From assembly GCA_016906335.1 (NCBI GenBank), contig JADEYG010000001.1:1364001-1428000 (forward strand): 64,000 nt of DNA, written 5' to 3'. The notes under the pieces were generated by a model. The model ran no database searches and was not told the DNA's origin. It saw nothing but the letters and a program-made list of their open reading frames with translations. The translations under genes and the position numbers were made by a program. This document shows positions 1 through 10,054 of the stretch, piece by piece; the first letter of the stretch is position 1; each line of letters starts with the position of its first letter. This DNA comes from Novakomyces olei. Taxonomy: Eukaryota.

Positions 1-261
1 AAGGATTTAAACCCTATTGTATCACAGTTATCTGTGAATGCCGCTAGCATTACTGGCAATCACCACTTGACAACAATCACGTCGCATTTATTATCACAGC
101 ACAATGGTGGTGGATACGCGTTCGCGTGTGCCATTAATTGCGTAGAATAAAGAACTTTTAAGCAGCAAAGTGCGCCGCGGAGTATTCTTGAGCTAAACCA
201 AAATGGGTGTATAACGACTATCACAAGTAAATTAATCAATTTAGCTTGACAGTACGAGCGA

Positions 262-311
262 AATTCGCGTTTAATTCGCGTCAATTCGCGTCAATTCGCG
301 TCAATTCGCGT
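262..311. repeat. Tandem 10-bp repeat (AATTCGCGTY) x5
   Basis: AATTCGCGT units at 262, 273, 283, 293 and 303. Confidence 0.9.
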
Positions 312-895
312 TCAACTGCCAGGTTTTGCAACAACTTGGCTCACCATTATAGTCTTTCCCAAAAACTCTAAACTTGTTTCTTGTTGTCACATGACCAATC
401 AAACTGCTTGGTGGGCGGCACTTACTCCGAATATTTTCCGCGTTATATAATGCTGCAAAGCAGTTCGGCTGCTATACTACTTGCAAGCTGCCTGTCACGC
501 AGTACACTAGCACGCGTTTACAATAAAATAATAAAGCAATACAAATGTCACTGATAAGTCAGTCTCCCACTCTATTCATAATTGACGATTCACGCTTTAC
601 TCCATTCGTCCACTGTGCCCGCACTCTACGAATTAGTAAACGCAGATACAGCAGCTGCAAGGTAGCGAGTGGCGCCACTTGCCGGGGTGGACTAGGCGAA
701 AAATTTCAATACGCCGATACACTAACGCTATAATTATAATAATTCCTACACACGCCAAGCCAATAGTAGTGTGTTCGGCACTGTAATTGTGGCAAATGCA
801 ATTATGGTGTTATCGATTAAATGTTCCCTATTCCTTCGGGCACCTGCAATCTGGCATTTGCAACCCGACAGGATATACTGTATATACAGGCAGAC

Positions 896-1012
896 TGTTA
901 AATAGCCTACTATTATATAGCCTACTGTTATATAGCATACTGTTATATAGCCTATTGTAGCCTATTATTATAGCCGACTATTATAGCCTACTATATAGCC
1001 TACTATATAGCA
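896..1012. repeat. Degenerate ~15-bp minisatellite (CTACTGTTATATAGC-like)
   Basis: About 8-9 successive ...TATAGC(C/A)TA units. Confidence 0.85.
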
Positions 1013-1451
1013 AACTATTATATACCAGGTATGTGAGACATTGTCATCGCCATATACCCGAAACCAGTGCCGGTGCAAATCATTCGCTCGCAGATTAGAC
1101 ATTTTAAATGAACTCGACGTGTTACTATTATCCGTCCGGCGCGGACGGTTGCCTCAACTTGGCTATGATGTGCACGTATTACATATATACTGTGTACGTA
1201 CATTATACATAAAGACGAAAATACATACATAAAACATGAAACCCGCGCTTAACCGCTATCAGATATATTCGCTTTCGTTAATAGACCCTTCTAGCTCAGG
1301 GTCCTCCAAATCTGGAAGGTAGAGCAACGATCAGGGGGCGACGAGAACAATGAGGATTTTGGATAGAAGCGCAGTTGCGCGCGACTCGGAATCGCGTCGT
1401 ATACCTTTGCCGACTGCTTGAAACAGCCGCTGACTACTTTTTGCTGCCCTG

Positions 1452-2153
1452 ATGTCTTTTTGCAGTCGCCAGTCCGCTACTCAAGGACGCGATCCACGTG
1501 ATCCGTGCCAGCAGGCAGGAACTGCGTATCTGGCAGAGTTTCTACGCAGCACTGGGCCAGAAGATCCATCGTACAAAAAGGCGCGTGCCGCGTGGAACGG
1601 GCATTTTACTGGGGCAGAAGAAATGAGGGTGGGCGCGGGTAGCAAAAGGTCAGTTGCTGCTAAAGGCTTTTCGTCCACTCTGAAGCAAATGTTTCGCAGT
1701 CTGAGGCCCGAGCAGAGCGCGTCTCGTAGGGAAAGAATTGCGGAAACACAGAATGGCTATCGGCAAACGGAGACAGTCACAGACAGCGGAAAAGTTGATA
1801 GCGGCTTTGATGGTCTGACGCCTCCGCCTTCGCCCGGCACAGTATCCAAATCGTCATCGTCAGCTTCCTCGTTTAATAAGGGGAGACCTTTATTCAAAGA
1901 GCAGTACACGAGTACGGGACAAAAGTATTACATATACTCGCCTGCTCCAAGCATTTCTTGCAGCATTGCCTCACACGATTCAGGAGCACAGCAAAATGCA
2001 GAGCAAATGCAACAGCGAAATCGCCGACTAGCTTCGCACCGTTATGCGAGCAGTTTGCTCTCTTTTTCCTCCATGTCTGCCGTCAGCAGTAGCGCGTTAA
2101 TACGGAGCGGAATTAATGATACCAGGGTTGATGTGTTTACTGATTTACGTTAG
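1452..2153 (+). CDS. Hypothetical low-complexity protein; the C-terminus may be altered by splicing
   Basis: 233-aa ATG ORF with a LAEFLRSTGP motif resembling a short motif seen in uncharacterised fungal proteins. A branch-like TACTGAT...TTAG near the end suggests a possible terminal intron. Confidence 0.5.
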   Translation: MSFCSRQSATQGRDPRDPCQQAGTAYLAEFLRSTGPEDPSYKKARAAWNGHFTGAEEMRVGAGSKRSVAAKGFSSTLKQMFRSLRPEQSASRRERIAETQNGYRQTETVTDSGKVDSGFDGLTPPPSPGTVSKSSSSASSFNKGRPLFKEQYTSTGQKYYIYSPAPSISCSIASHDSGAQQNAEQMQQRNRRLASHRYASSLLSFSSMSAVSSSALIRSGINDTRVDVFTDLR

Positions 2154-3216
2154 GGGGGTTGCATAGAATTTAATGTATTAATTTGACACGTTCATTCGGT
2201 TCGCCTCTGTAGTTTGAAGTCTGATGCATGCTATTGCCTCTGCATTACACACGGAAACGAGTGTAGTTCTAGTTTACAATAGCGCTGCCCGTGAGCGTAG
2301 ACCGTGAAACACTGGTAAAGACGAGCTATTATACGCTCAGCGCTAGACTCTAGCTTGATTCGCTCACTAGCGAACCGATATTTATACACGGGGCCCGTGA
2401 CTTTATACGAGTCTAGTGCAAAGTAATCCACTGCCGCTGCCAAACCCTTTTCGGTAAAGCACGTGTCGTGGAATACAAGTAATTAACCCTAACCCTGTGA
2501 ACCCTGACGCCTGAACCCTGAACCCTTTTCTTCAGTTGCTGCAAATTATTTGTGCGTCGGACAAATGTCGCTCGGCAACTGTCGTAAACTGTCGTAATTG
2601 CAACATCAATTACGCTTTACATCCTTTATAAAGGCAATTCCATATAAAGGCAATTCCAAATATTTTAGCGTGTTCAAATTCGTGAAAGATTGTAGTATAT
2701 ACAATGGCGTAAAAGTTGGTGTAGTCAAGCGATCTTGATAAAAACGTAAATTCTGGTACATATAAATTTCAAATTATATATTCCCCGTAAACTCGCGGAT
2801 CAAGCACGTCGAGAAACGGTTGAAACGTCTCGAAAACTTATTTATACAGTATTGTACGACCAAAAGTAAAATCAACCTCGATTTTGACACTGACATCCCC
2901 AACGGCAGATACCAAAAAACCAATTTGCTGCTGTCTGATTATGGAGAAATAGTCACTACAATATCCAGAATGAAAATGGAAACATCCAATTCCCTACATT
3001 TATAGTGTAAAAATATTGTACGGATTAGCAAATTTCTCATTGTTTGTCAACTGCCAAACTACTCTTTGCGCGTACGCCACGCTAGAACGTCGTGGCAATT
3101 GCATATCTATATTCCATATGTCTTGTTTCATATCAAGCTACAAGCCTGGACTGCCCCTTACCTCGGGACGGCAACCTTCTAAATTGTATGAGGCGCTTCT
3201 CTTGTCCCTGCTCCTA

Positions 3217-6200
3217 TTATTTCTGCTTGAATACGCGTTTTGCTGAGCGGTTAAACACGTCTCCGTCTCGACGGCGTATTTTATATACATTGCTGCTCGT
3301 CGCCCGGCTGTCCTGTGACGGCCCCGTCGGAATCGGTATCGGAACCGGTTTAGCACTCGCCATACTGTCCTGGCTTGCGTTCGCTCGATGAGCAAAAGCA
3401 GCAGGCGCAGTTGGAGCCGATGAGGGCAGAGGCCTTCTCGCAATTGGACGCATGGCAGTAGGGTTAAACGGCCGCTGACGGGGCTCCTGTTTTGGCTGCG
3501 GACTTGATGGAGAACTAAGCCTTTCTCTCGTGGCACTAATAGACTCCTTTAGCTTGTGCAATGGCGATACTCCGTCAGCCGTTAAAACACTGCCTGGAGC
3601 AGAGTAAAGGTCCCTTTTAATAAACTGATGAAAGGCATTTGCCTCCTCTTCTACTTCCTTTTCATCCGGCCCAGACTGCTCTTCCGTCTGGTCTCCGTTA
3701 TCGCTAAACAAGTCGTCGCTATCTGCATTTCCTCCAGAGCTCGGTGTTCTAGACTCCCGCTCAGACTCAAGTTGGCCATGTTTCAGGCTGTCAGCTTTAG
3801 CATAATCGTTCTTTCGCTGGCGCTTGACAATTCTGTCCTCCAATTCGCCAATCTTGGCCCATCCGCCTTTTGACGCAGTCGCCCGGTCATACGAGCTTTG
3901 AGCCTGTAATGCCGGTCTGTACGAGTCACGACCGCGATCAAAGTCCCGCAATGGTTTTTCCTGCATTGAGCTTTTCATACGCCCTTTATGCCCATTTCCA
4001 CTGGCCGCAGAGGACGAATAAGTCATCGACTGTAAAGACGGCGATTGCTGATCGGCAGTTTTGCTCGATATTCCGGAATAACGGTTACCCTCGACCCGTT
4101 CACGACCAGCAAACCTGTCGGGCTTTTTGGCATTTCCGCCAGCAGAGTCCTGCCTGGACGTGTGCTGGTCGGCAGAGGGCGATGGCAGCCCTTTATCTGG
4201 GAGAGTACTACGGACCCGTTTAGCCATTGGTCTATTGGCCATTGGTCTATTGGCCATTGGTCTATTGGCCGGAGCCTGAGCCGGAGCCTGAGCCGGTTTT
4301 AGATCGTGCATAGACCCCTCAGAGCCGGTCTGGCGGCCATTGTTGGCCGTTTCTGCCTGAGCAATTGTCGGTTTAGACAGCAGTCCAGGCGTAGCTCGGA
4401 CCATTACTCCCAACCGCGCCGTCTCTGTTACGAGGTAACGCCAAAAAGAGTTTTGCGACAGTGCTTGAGCATTGCCGACGATATAGAGGGAAGATTTGGC
4501 ACGAGTAATGGCGACATTCATACGGCGAATATCGGAAACGAACCCGATGCCCTGGGACACAGAGGCCCTTACGCAGGAGAGGATTACGACGTCCTTCTCC
4601 TGGCCCTGGAACCCGTCTATAGTATTGAAATCGATAGAGTCTACAATCTTTTGGCCATACTGCCGGACGAATACCCTCTTGAGCTCTACCAGTTGGCCCT
4701 TGTAAGGCGTGATTATCCCCACACGTCCATCAAACTCGACCTGGGCAAAGTCCCGGGTCAGCCGGTCGTACAGCTGCTGTATGAAAAGGGCCTCTCCGGG
4801 ATTGCTCTGAGAGTGCCTTGAAGCCTCCTTCTCTGGGGTACGTACATCGAAAAACGCATAGGGCGTAAAGACTGTGCTCTTGTGCCACGGCCGAGCTGTA
4901 AGCTCTGCATTACTCTGTCCGTCTCTCAATTTGCCCTCGTAGAAGAGACGGCTCGGAATCCGACTGATTAGCGGGTTCATACGGTACTGTGTGTCCAGCA
5001 TAAACACTGTATTTGGGTGATTGTTTTGCATCCGTACAAACAGCGACTGCTCATAGGAAAAACTGCAGGCGGTTCGGGAGAGAACAGTGGGCGGAAGCTG
5101 ATTAGGGTCGCCGACCATAATGCACCGTACACACCCGTACCGCAGAGGTATAAGGGCACTTAATTCTATCGCCTGAGCCGCCTCATCGATAATCACAGTC
5201 TCAATCGCGATATTGAGTTTGGCTACAATTTCGTGTCCGGAGCCGCTCAGCGTGGAGCACAGGATATCCGCACTCTCCAGGATCTTTGACTGGATTTGCG
5301 CTCGTTCAATGTCCAGTGTACGTCCGATATGTGACTGCTTTTGACGAATATCATCCAGCGACTGGGCAATCTCGTTCTTTGTGACATTAAGACTACGGAT
5401 CTGCTCTTCCAAGTGTGTAGTGTCCATTCCCTTTTCACGAAGCTCGCCAATTCTAGCCCGAATCTCGCTGCGCTGCTTGATTATATCGTTCAGTTCTCCA
5501 CGCAAAAGGTTCGGGTTCCGTTGCTGTTCGTCTTTTTTTTGCTTCTCCATACGCGTCATGTGCCGGTCAACCTGCTCCTCCAACGTCAGATCCCTCACGC
5601 TCGAATTGACACTGTCCGACTTGCCGAGTCTCACTATTTTAGGGTTAATTATCAGCGAGCCTTGGTCTGATACTATGCCTCCTTTCAGCCTGACCACAAT
5701 CTCGTCAATTGCAGCATTGCTTGGAGCACAGACGAGTATTCGCTTCTTTGTCTGTATTCGCCGAGCACTGCTGCTGTTGCTGTTGCTGTTGCTGCTGCCA
5801 CTGCCACTATCAGCAAAGGCAATTGCAGTTCGGCCCGTATCCACTGCCGTAATATGCTGTCCGGCAATGGCGAGAATAGTCTTTGTCTTGCCCGTCCCCG
5901 GCGGACCTTGTATCAGGAGGAAACCTGGGGATGGCGCTTTGGACGCTATTACAGCCTTCGCCTGAGAGCTGTTTAGCCCGTAGCGAGTGCAAACAGAATC
6001 CACTGCTGCAGGGTTAATTGCAGGTTTAGGCTTGGGACTGCCGGCAAGAATCTCGGGACAGAGCTGGTAATAAGGCATCGCTTTCAGAGCAGTATACTCC
6101 CGTACAATCGTGGTCAAGGACATGATCTTTGCCCCCCAAAGATCTGCATTTGGGCGCAAAAGGGGTATCATTTCTGAGGGAGGCAGAGCAATAAGCTTGA

Positions 6201-9200
6201 CCTCCCATTTGTCCCTATGCTTTGACGTACTGCTGACACGGCCATACGCTGCCATTTCTTCGTTGCCGCCATTCAGATGGTCCTTTGCCCTTGAAAATGA
6301 TATAAAGTCGGGATCGTTCAGCCCGACCCTTTTGCTGACCTCTAAATCCGTCTCCACCACAATTTCTATAAACTTGTCCACGCTTGACCGAGACAGGACC
6401 CGAAACATGAAATAGTCGTCGGAATCTAGGGTTGACTTTTCAGACTGTAATTGCTCCCACGCCTCGAGGAATAGTAAGGGCTCAAACGATTCAATGTACG
6501 AATCAACATGACTAAACTTGCTCGCAATATGCTTAAACTTGACGTCGGGAATTGGCGGCTGCGTCCCGGTGGACTTTGGGTTCCACGACAGCATTTCGAG
6601 GTACAGTCCGTCAATATTCGGCGCTAATCTTGACAATGCCGTGTTTGCCTTTGACGCATTGCGCAACGAACTCAATGGCTTCCGGAACGGTTCGTTCTCC
6701 AAAAGCTTTATCTCTCGTCTTTCGCGAAAATCAAGTTTCGGTCCAATGCTTTTCTCTTTTATACGGTCCAGAAAACTGCCGTCTTCATCGTTCGCATCAG
6801 AATTTTCATCGTCGCTGCTTTCCGTCACTGCATGTGTACCTGCCGCGTCCGCACCGGCACTAGCATCTTTGGCCATACGGAGAAGACGCTGCTTTTGCAG
6901 TTTCTGCTCTTGAGCATGCTGCTCTCGCAGCTGCGCCATCAAGCTTGAAGCATGCACATTATTCTTTTTTCGCGCCGACACCGATACCGGCATTGACGCA
7001 GACATCTCGTTATTTTGCTGCGGTATTGGCCGGTTTGCAGAAGGAGCAATTATGCTGGACTTGGTCGTCGACTTTGCTGCGGTCTTTGGCACAGCTTTTG
7101 TCGAAACTGGAGCCGACGATTTAGACACTGCTGAATCGGGGTTTGCATCGTTAAATAACGGCAATTGCGTCCGTTTAATATCTTCGTAGCGTACATTCGC
7201 ATCTTCCGAGTAGTGCTTTAGATACTTTAGTAAATCCAAGCGTTGAGCGTCTTTCAACTGAGTGCCTTTGCCCAATACGTGCTTCAGCAATTCTGCGCAT
7301 GCCTCATTGGTCAAATTTGTTCCTGCTAGTTTCATTATTCGGAGCATTGTTGAGATCAGTCTCACACTATGCTCGAGCAAGTAATCATCACTCAGTCTCA
7401 GCCAGAAAGCCAGGTATCGCAAAGGCGTATTGAATGCAAACGACAAGACTTTTTTGCTATCGTCCACAATACCCTCATTCGCAGCATCATCATCATCCGT
7501 TTGCAAATCAGGCGGTAGTATGGATATAAACTTTTGAAACTGCTGAATAGCATTTAAATAAGCATTGGCCATGTCAATACAATCGCGTGTAAACTCTGTC
7601 AAATCATCTCGTGTTTGAGTGAAATTCCACTGCCGTACGGAGGCAAACATTTGCGACATACTGTACCAAAATGCCTCCCAAAAACGCATTGTACAGAGAC
7701 GCGATTTTTCATTGACAGATTTGAACTCATTTTGATTAATAAACCCGATTCCCGGAGCGATCATGGCGTCCTTGAACGGCGCAAATGCTGCCAAGCATTT
7801 AAGCGCCCGTTGATAAGTCACGCATTTTCCAAAGGTTTTGGACGCTATAATAACGCCTGTTAGGGTATCATTGTACAAGTTCGAGAGGCACTGCCTTATA
7901 CAGTCCGTGCGCGTTTCCGTGCCAAACAGTTGATTTAAAAGAGCCCAGCTGGATTGACTGAGCTGTGTATCCGAGTTGAAACAAAGAGCAATAATCGTTG
8001 TTATTACCGAGGAGTCAATGATAATCGAGAGCAAATCGTTCGCACCCAGCTCAGACAGTTTTTCGAGGAAAGAAGAGATGGATATCGATATGTCATTGAC
8101 AATACTCGCATACTTCTCCTTGGCCGGTACAAGGACAGCTGCAGAAGAAGGAATTTCAATCGCATCCACTTCATTGAATAAAGAACTTGTAGACAGAAAA
8201 ATCTTTACCGAATTCAGATTCTCGCAGACCACAAAATTGAGATCCTTCCAAATGGCTGTGTTTACAAGACTTAAATTGACCGCTGGCTCCTGCCCTTTCA
8301 ATAATGAACCTCTGGCGTCGGCAAGAGCGTTTATTTGTCTCTGTAACATGCAGATAGCAATGTTTAACGCATATGAACAAAACATCTCTGACTTTCCGAA
8401 AGCCATTCTGAGCAAAAGGGAGAAATGAGGTTCAATTGCTGACAACATGTCATTGCGAATACTTTCAATCTCGCCTTTGCTTTCATTTGCATAGATTTCC
8501 TGATTCTCAGCGAACGGAAGCCACACCAATTCAAGAATCTTTTGCAGGCACATATTTACAATCTCGCCATTCTTGGAAAATGACTGATGAAAATTGAAAA
8601 TTTCTCCAACCGTGGCATTCGTCACATATTTGACAACAGGCCCGCGCGACGAGGCAATCACAGACTGCAACGACTGCATACAGAACGAGGCATCTTCGAG
8701 CGACGCAGAAACACTATTCTTGAAAAAAGAACTTTTTAATATAGCTTCTACTACGCGTTTGGGATAGGAAGCGTCACACTCTCGCCATACACCTTTTCCG
8801 ACCTCTTCCACGAATGCCTTACAAGCTCTTAAAGCAGCTGCAAAAGTTGCATTGCTCTCGGTACCCTCTAGTTCTTGCACAATAAGGCCCATTAAAAGCA
8901 CATTATTCTCGGCAAACAACTCTGAGATCATACGCGGACAAGACGTGGAAATAGCGGTATTGAGCGTAGTAAAGAACGCCATTCTGTAAGCAACCTGGCC
9001 CCTTAAGGGCACGTAAACGTTACACATATGACGAAGCTCCCTTTCCCAATCCTTTAACGGTACAAGATCCAATGATGACGTCTGCTGAACGCGAGCCAGA
9101 CACTTCAACATATAGTCCCTAATCATTGGATTCCTGTTCATGACTAATCGGAGATGTCCTGGAAGAATGACTGGCGACAGTCGAGCAATTTTACCATTTT

Positions 9201-9750
9201 CCTGCAGCACGGAAAACAAGCGTACAGCTTGGGCAAGCGTCTCTCCGCTGTCCAGCAGCTGAGGCCAAACAAGGCATTCCCACATGGCCATCATGCCAAT
9301 CTCTGCGAGCGATTTTGTGGGTCCGAAATCTGCAATAGCCGTGCGCAGATGGCTTGTGACACTAACCCTCCGCCATTCACAAAGACTGCTCTCACTCCTG
9401 GTCGCGTCTATTGACGGGTAAAGGCTCCAGACGCGTAATAAATGAATACGTAGCTGGTAAAAGCCAAGTACTCTAGACGTTGCCTCCAGCTGTGTTACGA
9501 GTCCGGCCAGCACCTTTTCGAATTCTAAACTGCTCTTTGGCTTTTCCAGCTGCATAAATGCAAACGCCCAAACATCATGAGTCTCGTTATCCGCCACGTC
9601 TGGCACGCTTCCCGTCTCGTGTGCATACTGCAGTATATAACCCGTACACTTTGTGATCGCTTGGCTCAAAGCCCCTTCGTTCCTCACATTAGCCCGCGAT
9701 AAGGCTATTGCCTGTTGTGCTTCGTTCCGCGACGCCGTCTCATGGCTCAT
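3217..9750 (-). CDS. SEN1: Sen1/senataxin-like Upf1-family (SF1B) RNA/DNA helicase
   Basis: Intronless ~2177-aa ORF (first ATG 9750). Motifs LIQGPPGTGKT, CAPSNAAID, IIDEAAQ, VGDPNQLPPT, QYRM, TIDGFQGQEKD and RRMNVAITRAK, plus a long helical N-terminal domain. Confidence 0.95.
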   Translation of the reverse strand: MSHETASRNEAQQAIALSRANVRNEGALSQAITKCTGYILQYAHETGSVPDVADNETHDVWAFAFMQLEKPKSSLEFEKVLAGLVTQLEATSRVLGFYQLRIHLLRVWSLYPSIDATRSESSLCEWRRVSVTSHLRTAIADFGPTKSLAEIGMMAMWECLVWPQLLDSGETLAQAVRLFSVLQENGKIARLSPVILPGHLRLVMNRNPMIRDYMLKCLARVQQTSSLDLVPLKDWERELRHMCNVYVPLRGQVAYRMAFFTTLNTAISTSCPRMISELFAENNVLLMGLIVQELEGTESNATFAAALRACKAFVEEVGKGVWRECDASYPKRVVEAILKSSFFKNSVSASLEDASFCMQSLQSVIASSRGPVVKYVTNATVGEIFNFHQSFSKNGEIVNMCLQKILELVWLPFAENQEIYANESKGEIESIRNDMLSAIEPHFSLLLRMAFGKSEMFCSYALNIAICMLQRQINALADARGSLLKGQEPAVNLSLVNTAIWKDLNFVVCENLNSVKIFLSTSSLFNEVDAIEIPSSAAVLVPAKEKYASIVNDISISISSFLEKLSELGANDLLSIIIDSSVITTIIALCFNSDTQLSQSSWALLNQLFGTETRTDCIRQCLSNLYNDTLTGVIIASKTFGKCVTYQRALKCLAAFAPFKDAMIAPGIGFINQNEFKSVNEKSRLCTMRFWEAFWYSMSQMFASVRQWNFTQTRDDLTEFTRDCIDMANAYLNAIQQFQKFISILPPDLQTDDDDAANEGIVDDSKKVLSFAFNTPLRYLAFWLRLSDDYLLEHSVRLISTMLRIMKLAGTNLTNEACAELLKHVLGKGTQLKDAQRLDLLKYLKHYSEDANVRYEDIKRTQLPLFNDANPDSAVSKSSAPVSTKAVPKTAAKSTTKSSIIAPSANRPIPQQNNEMSASMPVSVSARKKNNVHASSLMAQLREQHAQEQKLQKQRLLRMAKDASAGADAAGTHAVTESSDDENSDANDEDGSFLDRIKEKSIGPKLDFRERREIKLLENEPFRKPLSSLRNASKANTALSRLAPNIDGLYLEMLSWNPKSTGTQPPIPDVKFKHIASKFSHVDSYIESFEPLLFLEAWEQLQSEKSTLDSDDYFMFRVLSRSSVDKFIEIVVETDLEVSKRVGLNDPDFISFSRAKDHLNGGNEEMAAYGRVSSTSKHRDKWEVKLIALPPSEMIPLLRPNADLWGAKIMSLTTIVREYTALKAMPYYQLCPEILAGSPKPKPAINPAAVDSVCTRYGLNSSQAKAVIASKAPSPGFLLIQGPPGTGKTKTILAIAGQHITAVDTGRTAIAFADSGSGSSNSNSNSSSARRIQTKKRILVCAPSNAAIDEIVVRLKGGIVSDQGSLIINPKIVRLGKSDSVNSSVRDLTLEEQVDRHMTRMEKQKKDEQQRNPNLLRGELNDIIKQRSEIRARIGELREKGMDTTHLEEQIRSLNVTKNEIAQSLDDIRQKQSHIGRTLDIERAQIQSKILESADILCSTLSGSGHEIVAKLNIAIETVIIDEAAQAIELSALIPLRYGCVRCIMVGDPNQLPPTVLSRTACSFSYEQSLFVRMQNNHPNTVFMLDTQYRMNPLISRIPSRLFYEGKLRDGQSNAELTARPWHKSTVFTPYAFFDVRTPEKEASRHSQSNPGEALFIQQLYDRLTRDFAQVEFDGRVGIITPYKGQLVELKRVFVRQYGQKIVDSIDFNTIDGFQGQEKDVVILSCVRASVSQGIGFVSDIRRMNVAITRAKSSLYIVGNAQALSQNSFWRYLVTETARLGVMVRATPGLLSKPTIAQAETANNGRQTGSEGSMHDLKPAQAPAQAPANRPMANRPMANRPMAKRVRSTLPDKGLPSPSADQHTSRQDSAGGNAKKPDRFAGRERVEGNRYSGISSKTADQQSPSLQSMTYSSSAASGNGHKGRMKSSMQEKPLRDFDRGRDSYRPALQAQSSYDRATASKGGWAKIGELEDRIVKRQRKNDYAKADSLKHGQLESERESRTPSSGGNADSDDLFSDNGDQTEEQSGPDEKEVEEEANAFHQFIKRDLYSAPGSVLTADGVSPLHKLKESISATRERLSSPSSPQPKQEPRQRPFNPTAMRPIARRPLPSSAPTAPAAFAHRANASQDSMASAKPVPIPIPTGPSQDSRATSSNVYKIRRRDGDVFNRSAKRVFKQK

Positions 9751-10054
9751 CAGCACAGCCTCAGTGTCGGTTCTCGATCAGCGTCGCGTCTGCTCGATAA
9801 GGGCCCGAGGAAAAGACAGGCTCTGGCCACTATATTAATTATTTCAATTTAAAAAATTGGACGCTGCTAAATATCTATCAGATTTGGAAGCAATGCTACG
9901 GGCAGCATTGCTTGCTAAAACTTGCACGGTGCGGTGCTACCCCGGATTTTGGAGCACAACTAATATTGCGTGCACGATTACTTTGCAACCCCAGATTATG
10001 TCGATTCGGCAATTAGCGCACTCGCCAACCAATCTCTCGAAAACAGTACCAACC

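Noticed and set aside
896..1012. CRISPR-like array (also 262-311, 20572-20772 and 22826-22960)
   Set aside because: Head-to-tail repeats without spacers, no cas genes, and a eukaryotic context.
2312..2325. U5 loop I-like CGTCTTTACCAG on the minus strand
   Set aside because: It differs from the invariant GCCUUUUAC, and there is no closing stem or Sm site.
2387..2417. Helitron 3' end (hairpin followed by CTAG|T)
   Set aside because: The other copies of the palindrome lack the CTRR terminus, and no Rep/helicase or 5' TC end can be supported.
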